Shown here: piece by piece, positions 28,275-35,489 of the stretch
Position numbering within the stretch: position 1 is the stretch's first letter
Layout: the number at the start of each line of letters is the position of its first letter
DNA from: Rhodospirillales bacterium
GTDB taxonomy: Bacteria > Pseudomonadota > Alphaproteobacteria > Acetobacterales > Acetobacteraceae
NCBI GenBank assembly: GCA_947460455.1
Contig: CANHKG010000002.1
Location: forward strand, 2,004-66,003
DNA: 64,000 bases
Reading direction: 5' to 3'
Translations under genes and position numbers: made by a program
The notes under the pieces: generated by a model
Database searches by the model: none
What the model saw: only the letters and a program-made list of their open reading frames with translations
What the model was told of the DNA's origin: nothing

Positions 28275-28814
28275 ATGAACGCATATCCCGGCCCGGCCGA
28301 CGCGCTCGCCGCCAGCGGCGACACCACCTCCTCCGCCGGCGACGAAAGCGCGACCTGCTTCAAGCTGAGGCGCACCGGCCACAAGGCCGTTCGTTTCGAC
28401 GGCTGGCAGCTCGTGGAGGCCTTCGGTGGCGGCCAGGGGAAGGATGTGTGGCACGACCTCAACCTGTATCGCACCGGGCAGGACCGGATCGTGGTTGAGC
28501 TCATCGCCCGGACCACCCTGCCGGACCAGCAGGATCTGCACCGCGTCAACACGTTCGAGACACTGACCGATGCGGCGGCCTGGCTGGAGGCGTATCGTGC
28601 GACTGACGATGCGCCGATCCCGGCCTCCCTCAGCCAGGCCAATACCGCCTTGCCCTGGGCGATGCTGCAGGCCGTTCATCTGCGCCACAACATCGATCGC
28701 ATCGATGCCGATTACCGGACGATGCTGAGTGAGGTGTTCATGGCGCTCGACCTCTCCGACCCGGCCGAGGCGGCCTTGTATACGGCAGCCGCTGCCTCGC
28801 CGCGGGAAGGGTGA
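28275..28814 (+). CDS. Unknown-family protein, paralog A of a four-member family in this window
   Basis: ATG 28275 follows GGGAGGA. ..CFKLRRTGHKAVRFDGWQLVE..DVWHDLNLYRTGQDRIVVELI..FETLTDAAAWLEAY..YRTMLSEVF.. aligns with the ORFs at 30790-32335. Confidence 0.7.
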   Translation: MNAYPGPADALAASGDTTSSAGDESATCFKLRRTGHKAVRFDGWQLVEAFGGGQGKDVWHDLNLYRTGQDRIVVELIARTTLPDQQDLHRVNTFETLTDAAAWLEAYRATDDAPIPASLSQANTALPWAMLQAVHLRHNIDRIDADYRTMLSEVFMALDLSDPAEAALYTAAAASPREG

Positions 28815-28821
28815 TCCCCTG

Positions 28822-29511
28822 ATGAATGCCCTGCCGATGATGCAACGCGCCGCGGTGCAGTTTGCCGATCGCCTGCGGCTGGTGCCGGGTGCGATCGAGC
28901 GCCACGTTCCGGACTACGCGCCTTCGACGGAGACGCTGCAGTGGACGAATGTCTTGCTGGAATCAGGCAGGTTTCGTCATGGCCATGTCGAGACGTTCGT
29001 TGTGGCGGACAGGCTTTCCGTGCTGCATGTGTGCCTGTTCCCGCATCTTGACGATCCCGGCCCGATCTTCGGTTTCGACATGATCGCGGGCCCGGCCAGG
29101 GTGACCGGCATCTTCCTCGACCTGTCGCCGACCACGGGGCAGGCGGACGGCCCGGGCCTGGGTGAGGTTCGCGCGGCGCAGGGCGTTGGAGCGTTCGAGC
29201 ATCCTCGCGTGCTGCCGGAGTGGGGCGATATCTTCTCAGCCGATTGCCTGGCGATCCGTCCGGCTGATCTGGATGAGGTCGCGCGAGCCATCGGGTTTGC
29301 GCAGGCCGCGCTGGATGCCTGCCTGGCCGGGACGCGCGTACGCGCCCCCCACCGCAGCGCCGAGATCAGCGCTGGCCAGGCGCGCTACATCGCAGCGCAG
29401 CGGCGCAACGAACACACCTTCCGGATGCTGGCTGGATTGATCGGACCCGACAAGGCCCGCGGCTTCATTGATCAGGTGCTGTTCCCGGCTGTTCCTGAAC
29501 TGGCGATCTGA
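28822..29511 (+). CDS. pcyA: Ferredoxin-dependent bilin reductase, PcyA-like
   Basis: ..GRFRHGHVETF..LSVLHVCLFP..PIFGFDMIAGP..GIFLDLSPT.. aligns by eye with the PcyA core (..FRKLHLEIA..ILHCVMFP..PLFGCDIVAGP..DLSPT..), including the Glu/His/Asp positions. Confidence 0.75.
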   Translation: MNALPMMQRAAVQFADRLRLVPGAIERHVPDYAPSTETLQWTNVLLESGRFRHGHVETFVVADRLSVLHVCLFPHLDDPGPIFGFDMIAGPARVTGIFLDLSPTTGQADGPGLGEVRAAQGVGAFEHPRVLPEWGDIFSADCLAIRPADLDEVARAIGFAQAALDACLAGTRVRAPHRSAEISAGQARYIAAQRRNEHTFRMLAGLIGPDKARGFIDQVLFPAVPELAI

Positions 29512-29518
29512 TATCGGC

Positions 29519-29551
29519 CCGCGTTGACCATAGGGATGGGTCGACGCGGGC
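29519..29551. terminator. Stem-loop between convergent pcyA-like and HhH genes
   Basis: cccgcgttgacc / ggtcgacgcggg form a 12-bp stem with one G-U position and a 9-nt loop, followed by a T-containing tract on the + strand. Confidence 0.5.
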
Positions 29552-29583
29552 TGGTATGATTTGGCGTTCTGCTCGGGCCCGAC

Positions 29584-30225
29584 TCAGCGGTCCTCGTCGG
29601 CTCCGGCTGCCAGCCTGCGCTTCGCGCTGCCGATCCACGCCTCCACGTCCACCAGGCGGCTGATGTCGCCGAGTGCGGCGCGCAGCTCGCCGAGATCTGA
29701 ATGTGCGAGTTGGCGTGTGGTCCTGACACCGATCTGGCTCATTCGGATCAGCATGCCGGGACCGAAGCCGATTTCAGCGAGCGGGGGATCGAATTCGGGG
29801 CTGTCAGGCATGGCCGGGGTTGCAGGTGCATCTGCTTCGGCGGTGGGTTCATCCTGGCTGGCTGCGACGGGCGCAGCGCCGGGATCGTCCTCTGCTGGCG
29901 GGCCTGCCGGCACCGGCGCTTCATCGATGGCAGCGGCTGCTTCGGGCGCCGTTTCCTCCGCCATGATGTGGGAATAGCTGGCAAAAACCGAACCGGACTG
30001 GAGCGGCTGTGCGGCGGCGGGATGGCGTTCTTCGGGCGGCAATGCCGGTTCGGGGGCGGCCGCCGGCGGCTCCGGCTTGGCGGCACCTTCCCGTTCGAGG
30101 CGGCGCGCCTCGTGCGACTCTCGCAGGCTGCTGCGCAAGATCGGCCGCTGGCGGAGACGCTCCTGGCGATAGGCTGCGATCATCATCATGCCTTTGGAGG
30201 CCGGCGGATCTGACCGAGAGCTCAT
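29584..30225 (-). CDS. Hypothetical protein with acidic/Pro-rich centre and C-terminal helix-hairpin-helix-like domain
   Basis: 213 aa. The C-terminus ..LAEIGFGPGMLIRMSQIGVRTTRQLAHSDLGELRAALGDISRLVDVEAWIGSAK.. resembles the HhH/DUF4332-like module common in alphaproteobacteria. Lies downstream of gvpA. Confidence 0.55.
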   Translation of the reverse strand: MSSRSDPPASKGMMMIAAYRQERLRQRPILRSSLRESHEARRLEREGAAKPEPPAAAPEPALPPEERHPAAAQPLQSGSVFASYSHIMAEETAPEAAAAIDEAPVPAGPPAEDDPGAAPVAASQDEPTAEADAPATPAMPDSPEFDPPLAEIGFGPGMLIRMSQIGVRTTRQLAHSDLGELRAALGDISRLVDVEAWIGSAKRRLAAGADEDR

Positions 30226-30285
30226 GTTCTATCCTGTGGGATGTGCGCGCGCCGCGGCATTGGGGGGGCGACCCTCAAGGGGAGG

Positions 30286-30335
30286 GGATCATGCGCTGCC
30301 CGGCACCGCGAGCAGTGCTGGGCGACGCATGATCC
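30286..30335 (-). terminator. Strong compound stem-loop 8 nt downstream of the gvpA stop
   Basis: Outer stem ggatcatgcg/cgcatgatcc (10 bp) encloses inner stem gcccggcac/gtgctgggc (9 bp with one G-U) and an 8-nt loop. Confidence 0.55.
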
Positions 30336-30342
30336 ACGCAAC

Positions 30343-30561
30343 CTAGGCTGCTGCCGCCACCGGATCGGTCGTGAGGCCGACGGCTTCGGCATAGCGCAGA
30401 TAGGTCTCCACCGATGCCACGACGACGCGGATCTCGATGGCAATCAGCTCGATGCCGACCAGCGCGATGCGGATGAACGCATCAACCACCACACCCTTAT
30501 CCAGGATGCGATCGATGACTTCGGCCAGGCTGCTCGAAGCAAGGCTTTTATTGATCGTCAT
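30343..30561 (-). CDS. gvpA: Gas vesicle major structural protein GvpA
   Basis: [63 protein letters not shown] is a near-canonical GvpA sequence. Start ATG 30561 lies 7 nt after GAAGGGA (an ATG at 30567 is too close to the RBS). Confidence 0.92.
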   Translation of the reverse strand: MTINKSLASSSLAEVIDRILDKGVVVDAFIRIALVGIELIAIEIRVVVASVETYLRYAEAVGLTTDPVAAAA

Positions 30562-30703
30562 AGCCATTCCCTTCAATAAAATCGTCAACCCTCGAACGGG
30601 CAAACTGTGCAATTCGAGCGCCACTGGCCGAACTTCACCCCATCAACATAGGAATTTTGGATAAACTGACTATGACCGCTTATTATTATTTATATTCAGA
30701 CTT

Positions 30704-30724
30704 TGGAATATGTTATTCTGGAAT
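30704..30724. promoter_or_regulatory. Direct repeat TGGAAT-N9-TGGAAT in the AT-rich gvpA upstream region
   Basis: tggaatatgttattctggaat sits within the visibly AT-rich 30640-30725 tract, about 145-160 nt upstream of the gvpA start. Confidence 0.3.
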
Positions 30725-30789
30725 GCGCAGTTTGCGCAGCCTAGGCGGGTTCAGCAGAACAGCCGCACCGGCTTGGCCATGTGCGGCAG

Positions 30790-31356
30790 CTACGCCAGCC
30801 TGGGGTGTGGTGGGTTGGCGCGATGCACGGCTGCGCGGGCGCTGGCCAGGGCGATCTGGTACAGCAAGGCACCGGCCAGGGCGCGATACCTGGCTTCGAC
30901 AGTGCCGGAGAACATGGCGAGGATGTGGCTGTACCTGGAGTGCGCAAGCCAATCGAAACCCGATGGCTGCTCCGCAAACGCGGCACTCAACACGCTCGGG
31001 CAGATATCCGCGGTTGGGTCGTGGCCTTCGATGGCACCGAGTGCGTCATCCAGGGCTTCGAATGCAAGGGCGTGGCATCGAACGCGGCGTGCCAGCCCGG
31101 CGCGGTCCTTCGACCACGCGACGATCTCCACGACAAACAGGCCCTCGACGGTCTGGTACAGGCCGAGCTCGTGCCAGAAGCAGGCCGGCGCCACAACGAT
31201 GGATGGCGCTCCGAGCTGGGCCTGCAGCAGCCAGCCGACGAAACGCAGCGGTGATTCACCATGCCGCCGCAACCGGAAAGGCCGCCGCAGGTCTGCATGC
31301 GCGCCTGGCAGGTGCGGCTGCAGATGTGTGGGCGCATCTTGGAGGGCGCCCGTCAT
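30790..31356 (-). CDS. Unknown-family protein, paralog B
   Basis: ..PFRLRRHGESPLRFVGWLLQA..CFWHELGLYQTVEGLFVVEIV..FEALDDALGAIEGH..ARYRALAGALL.. The start overlaps the paralog C stop (ATGA at 31353-31356). Confidence 0.65.
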   Translation of the reverse strand: MTGALQDAPTHLQPHLPGAHADLRRPFRLRRHGESPLRFVGWLLQAQLGAPSIVVAPACFWHELGLYQTVEGLFVVEIVAWSKDRAGLARRVRCHALAFEALDDALGAIEGHDPTADICPSVLSAAFAEQPSGFDWLAHSRYSHILAMFSGTVEARYRALAGALLYQIALASARAAVHRANPPHPRLA

Positions 31357-31859
31357 CGCGGTTCGTTGCCAAAGAGGGCACGCACCATGCCGAACCAGGC
31401 GCCGCGGAACAGTCCGGCCAGCGCGATATCTTCGCCGGCCTGGCGGCAGCTTTCGCCTGGCACGACAAGATCCGCGCAGGGGAGGACCAAGGCGATCATC
31501 GGGTCGTGGGCCTGGATCGCCCGCGGGAGTGCAGGCGCGTTCGCGTGCAGCGCGGAGTCTCGCCAGACGCCACCGAGGCTCTCCGTCAGGTGATGCGTCA
31601 GCGTGGAGGCGAGGCCACTGGTGCGGGTTTCGAACAGCGTGAGCTCGGACCATGCGGGCAGGCCGACGCAGCGATTGCTGACATGCAGCAGGGCGCGCCC
31701 GCAGATGTGGAGCGGCCGCAGCCCGTGGCGCGGCAGGATGACCGGGTGGAAGTGGTGGTCCGCGCTCTCGATGGCCGGTGAGGCCCGATCGGGAGCGGCC
31801 GGCTCATGCGCGCAGAACGGATTGGCCGCAATCGGTGCCATCGCGCTGCGCCGGGTCAT
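31353..31859 (-). CDS. Unknown-family protein, paralog C (most divergent)
   Basis: ..PVILPRHGLRPLHICGRALLH..PAWSELTLFETRTSGLASTLT.. ATG 31859 overlaps the paralog D stop by 1 nt (TGATG). Confidence 0.6.
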   Translation of the reverse strand: MTRRSAMAPIAANPFCAHEPAAPDRASPAIESADHHFHPVILPRHGLRPLHICGRALLHVSNRCVGLPAWSELTLFETRTSGLASTLTHHLTESLGGVWRDSALHANAPALPRAIQAHDPMIALVLPCADLVVPGESCRQAGEDIALAGLFRGAWFGMVRALFGNEPR

Positions 31860-32335
31860 CAGCCAATGTCGAACTGGAACAGCAGTTCGCCGATCATCGA
31901 TCGGTACTGCATCTCGACCCAATCGGCACGCTGGCGCAGTGATGCCGCGCGCAGCGCGATCTCGGTGGCGCTGATGCGCCGGTCTGACGCGTCGAGGTCG
32001 GCAAAGAGATCGGCTGCCGGATCGAAGGCCTGCAGCCAGGCCAGGGCCTTCTCCAGCGAGTCGAACCGATGGGCGTGGAAGACGTCGCTTTCGCACTGGT
32101 TGTCCCGGCAGGTTCGCAGGGCCACGGCAACCTGCCCGTCGTCGCACCGGAAGATCTGCAGGTCCTGCCAGGCCGGTGCGGCCGGCGTTCGGCTCGTGCA
32201 TTCGGCCAGCAATTCCCCACGGACGCGCAGCGGCTTTCCGCCGGACTGGCGCAGCAGGTACCCGCCCTCGCTGATGGCGGGGGCGGTCGATGGCGACGAC
32301 GGGATGCCGGTTTCAAGGCTGAGCATCGCGGACAT
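31859..32335 (-). CDS. Unknown-family protein, paralog D
   Basis: ..GYLLRQSGGKPLRVRGELLAE..PAWQDLQIFRCDDGQVAVALR..FDSLEKALAWLQAF..QYRSMIGELL.. ATG 32335 follows CTGGAG. Confidence 0.65.
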   Translation of the reverse strand: MSAMLSLETGIPSSPSTAPAISEGGYLLRQSGGKPLRVRGELLAECTSRTPAAPAWQDLQIFRCDDGQVAVALRTCRDNQCESDVFHAHRFDSLEKALAWLQAFDPAADLFADLDASDRRISATEIALRAASLRQRADWVEMQYRSMIGELLFQFDIG

Positions 32336-32406
32336 GACAGCGCTCCAGGAATTTACGGCAGAGTGGACGGGAAGCCTTACCAATCCCCGAAAGATCAAGC
32401 GTGAGA

Positions 32407-34956
32407 CTACGCGGCCTGGCTGCGACCGGGCGGGCAATTCCCCGCATCGCTGGCGATCGCCACCGCGGTTGCGACGGATTGCAGCTGGCGGATGACCCTG
32501 TCGACGGCGCTCAGAATCTCCGGCGCGCGGCCGGTGATCCAATCCTCGCCCAGGCCGGTCCGGCCGGAGACGGCAGCCTCGGCAAGGGCCGCGCTGGAAT
32601 GCATGAGGACGGCCGCCTCCACCCCAACACCGGCGAGCTTCGCGACCGGATCGGTTGTGGGCACGGGGCGTGCCGGCGCATGGGCGGCCTCGGCGCAGGC
32701 CTTCGCACTCTCCATCATCTGATCGGCGACGAGCTGCACCTTGTCGATCGTGCCGGTGAGGATTGTGCCCGACTGTTCGACGGCGGAACAGGTCTGCGCG
32801 ACGCGGCCGAGGCCGTGCGAAAGCTCGCCTGTTGTGGCGGCCATGTCGCTTTGCAGCCGCGCAAGGACGGTGACCTGTTCGGCGAGGTTTTCGCGCCATT
32901 CAGTCGCAGCATCCACTTCGGCATCCGTAAGCTGCTCGGCGGAGGCGTGGAGCGCCGCCAGGCTGCCTTCGATCCGCGCGCAGGTGCCGGCCAACTCATG
33001 CAGCAGTGCTTCCGTGAGTGCCGGCGCGGCCGGCGCCTGGATGTCGTGCACGAGGCTTTCGAAGCGGTGCAGCATCGGCGGGACGCTGCCGATCATGCCG
33101 GCAATCTCCCGCAGCCTTTCGTTCGCCTCGGCGCGGAATTCGCCGGCGAGAGTGTCCAGGCGTTGGCCTGTGGACAGCCCGGCTTCGGAGAACAGGCTGA
33201 CGCGCTGTTGCACAGTGGCCAGCACCCGGTCGATCTCCTGCGCCCGGGCGCTCAGCACTTCCGCATCGCCGCGCAGGCTCGCGCCGGCCTCGGCCAGCGT
33301 TCCCGACACGAAACCAGCGTGATCGCGCAGGCTTGTCACGGCCTCCGCGCCAACCTGTGCGAGCTGGTCGCCGGCATCCTGCAGGGTCGCCTGCATATCG
33401 TCGGTGCGATGGCGCAGCGCGTCCAGCAGCGCGCCCAGCGACGCGTTGCCGGTGGTGTAGGCGGTGTCGATCGTGCCGCCCAGATGGGCGATGGAGGCCG
33501 CAAGCTCGCCGCCCGCACCGGACATCTCGGCGACTTTCTGGTCGATGCGATCTACCTCGCCACGAATTCGGCCGGCGGACGCGGAGGCGCTGGCGATCAT
33601 CTGTGCCGTTGCGGCACAGAGCTGCTGCGCTTCGTCATTCAAGGCCCGCACGCCGGCGTCGGCGGCGGTGTTCAGGGTGGGGATGGCGGCGAGCAAGGCC
33701 TCCGTTGCGTGCACGATGTCGCTGCCCACCGCCTCGCCGGCGGCAAGGCAGGCGCCGGCGGCCTCTCGCGCACGGCCGCTTTCCGCCTCTACCGCGCGGG
33801 CCGCGGCTTCGATCTGCTCGACGCCGGCGAACAACGCCTGGCTTGCGGCCGTGCCCGCATGCGTGGCCGTGGCGATCTCTGCGGCGGCCGCCTCCAGCGC
33901 CTGCGCGCCGGTGCCGAGCTCGACGACAAGCGCCGGAAGGGCCTCGGCATGGGCCAGCAATCCGGCGGAGGCGGATGCCATCATTTCGGCATGATCGCGC
34001 CCGGCCTGGGTGAGGTCGTTCACCCGCATCTGGAGATCTGTGCTGCCGTTGATGACCGCGTCGCGCATTTCGGCGTGCACCTGCGTGCTCTGCTGCAGGG
34101 CCAGGGCAGCGTCGTCGAGGGTCTGCAGGGCGCGGTCGGCCTGGGTTGTGATGGCGGCAGCAAGTTCCGGCAGGGTGGCCACGCCGGTCTCCACGCGACC
34201 CACAGCCTCGTGGGCGCGGGCAACCACGCCGGCACCCGCCGCGGCGATCTCTCGGCAGGCCTGATCCAGGGAGGCCGCGTCCCGTTCCATGCGGCCCGAG
34301 GCGTCGCCCATGGCGGCGATCCGCACAACGATGCCGGAGGTCGCGCGCTCCAGCGCGTGGGCCGCCGCGTCGGCTGCCGCCGTCAAGGTTTGCAATGGCA
34401 GGGACATCGCGGCGCCGGCCTCTTGCGGATAGGACGGCTCGATGCCGCGGGCTGCGAGGTCGCTTGCGATCCGCTCCAACCGATCTGCGATCGTGACGGC
34501 GCCTTCGAGTGTGGTCACCGTGTCGCGCAGGCACAGTTCCGCGTGTTCGGTGCTCTCGGACAGGCGTTTCTCCGCATCCATCGCGAAGCCTGCCAGGTTG
34601 GCGCCCACCACCATGGACTCCCGCGCCGCGGCATTGCCGGCGTCGCGCAGGTCGCTCCATTGCCGGCGCTCATCGTGCATCAGGGCACGCATATCCTCGA
34701 TCGCCGCGCGCAAGTCGGCGTGTTCGGGCGTGTGTGCGTGCGCGGCGTTGGATCCCGCACGTGCGGCTGTCGCCTGCGATCGCAGCACGATCACGGCGGC
34801 GGCGCAGCCGAGCGCGGCCGAGAGGAACGGCAGCAGCGTCCAGCCATGGGTGCCGATATCAGCCAGCAGCTGCGGCCCCCGCGCGGCGATGCCGGCCAGA
34901 CCGGCCAGGACTGCGAGGGCGAGGCACAGCCAGCCAAGCTTGTTCTGCCATTCCAT
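32407..34956 (-). CDS. Large (849 aa) Ala-rich, predicted all-helical protein with two N-terminal TM segments; unknown function
   Basis: N-terminus LGWLCLALAVLAGLAGIA / WTLLPFLSAALGCAAAVIVL, then about 750 aa of A/E/L/Q/T-rich helix-type sequence. Starts 12 nt after the gvpK stop. No MCP tip motif and no 33-aa GvpC repeat. Confidence 0.75.
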   Translation of the reverse strand: MEWQNKLGWLCLALAVLAGLAGIAARGPQLLADIGTHGWTLLPFLSAALGCAAAVIVLRSQATAARAGSNAAHAHTPEHADLRAAIEDMRALMHDERRQWSDLRDAGNAAARESMVVGANLAGFAMDAEKRLSESTEHAELCLRDTVTTLEGAVTIADRLERIASDLAARGIEPSYPQEAGAAMSLPLQTLTAAADAAAHALERATSGIVVRIAAMGDASGRMERDAASLDQACREIAAAGAGVVARAHEAVGRVETGVATLPELAAAITTQADRALQTLDDAALALQQSTQVHAEMRDAVINGSTDLQMRVNDLTQAGRDHAEMMASASAGLLAHAEALPALVVELGTGAQALEAAAAEIATATHAGTAASQALFAGVEQIEAAARAVEAESGRAREAAGACLAAGEAVGSDIVHATEALLAAIPTLNTAADAGVRALNDEAQQLCAATAQMIASASASAGRIRGEVDRIDQKVAEMSGAGGELAASIAHLGGTIDTAYTTGNASLGALLDALRHRTDDMQATLQDAGDQLAQVGAEAVTSLRDHAGFVSGTLAEAGASLRGDAEVLSARAQEIDRVLATVQQRVSLFSEAGLSTGQRLDTLAGEFRAEANERLREIAGMIGSVPPMLHRFESLVHDIQAPAAPALTEALLHELAGTCARIEGSLAALHASAEQLTDAEVDAATEWRENLAEQVTVLARLQSDMAATTGELSHGLGRVAQTCSAVEQSGTILTGTIDKVQLVADQMMESAKACAEAAHAPARPVPTTDPVAKLAGVGVEAAVLMHSSAALAEAAVSGRTGLGEDWITGRAPEILSAVDRVIRQLQSVATAVAIASDAGNCPPGRSQAA

Positions 34957-34968
34957 CGTGCCGCTCCG

Positions 34969-35277
34969 CTACATCAGCCGGCCCAAGGGTCCGAGATCCA
35001 GATTGAGGCTGTCTGGTGGGACGCCGAGCTTTTCGCACAGCGACACCACCGCATCGCGCGATCGCAGCAGGGTCAGGCCCAGCCGCTCGGCCTCCTCCGG
35101 CGTGATCGTCTCGGCCTCCATCCGGCGGACGGCCTGTGCCTCCATGAGGCGGCGGAGGAACTCGACCAGGGTCAGCACGAGCCGGGCCAGATCCTGCTCG
35201 ACCCGGTCGGGATCGATGCTGATGCGGCCCAGCACCGGGGGGGACGACGACGACGCATCAAGGTCCAGGACGCTCAT
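34969..35277 (-). CDS. gvpK: Gas vesicle protein GvpK
   Basis: ..RISIDPDRVEQDLARLVLTLVEFLRRLMEAQAVRRME..ITPEEAERLGLTLL..LNLDLGPLG.. is the GvpK signature. ATGA overlap with the upstream gene. Confidence 0.88.
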   Translation of the reverse strand: MSVLDLDASSSSPPVLGRISIDPDRVEQDLARLVLTLVEFLRRLMEAQAVRRMEAETITPEEAERLGLTLLRSRDAVVSLCEKLGVPPDSLNLDLGPLGRLM

Positions 35278-35489
35278 GCCTGCGGCCCTGCGCTGGGCAG
35301 CAGCGTCATGCGCGAGGCGGTGTCGACCGAGGCGAGCAACGCGCGCACGCCGAGATAGACCAGGTCCACGCCGGCGACGGTCAGCACGATCTGCCCATCG
35401 GCGACGACGCCGGTATCCAACAGGCGGTCCAGCACATCGACCAGCGTGGCCGGTTGGGCGCCGTCGGTGAGGGGGATGCGGTCAGACAT
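35274..35489 (-). CDS. gvpS: GvpA/J/M/S-family small gas vesicle protein (GvpS-like)
   Basis: 71 aa. ..ATLVDVLDRLLDTGVVADGQIVLTVAGVDLVYLGVRALLASVDTA.. is the GvpA-fold core. Confidence 0.8.
   Translation of the reverse strand: MSDRIPLTDGAQPATLVDVLDRLLDTGVVADGQIVLTVAGVDLVYLGVRALLASVDTASRMTLLPSAGPQA

Noticed and set aside
29584-30225. Considered as gvpC because it directly follows gvpA
   Set aside because: It has no 33-residue repeats or GvpC-like composition. It has an acidic/Pro-rich centre and an HhH-like C-terminus, so it is left as hypothetical.
30657-31781. Plus-strand ORFs (374 aa, 310 aa) over the paralog B/C region
   Set aside because: They are R/A/G/P-rich with no motifs. The minus-strand frames give three mutually alignable, translationally coupled proteins.
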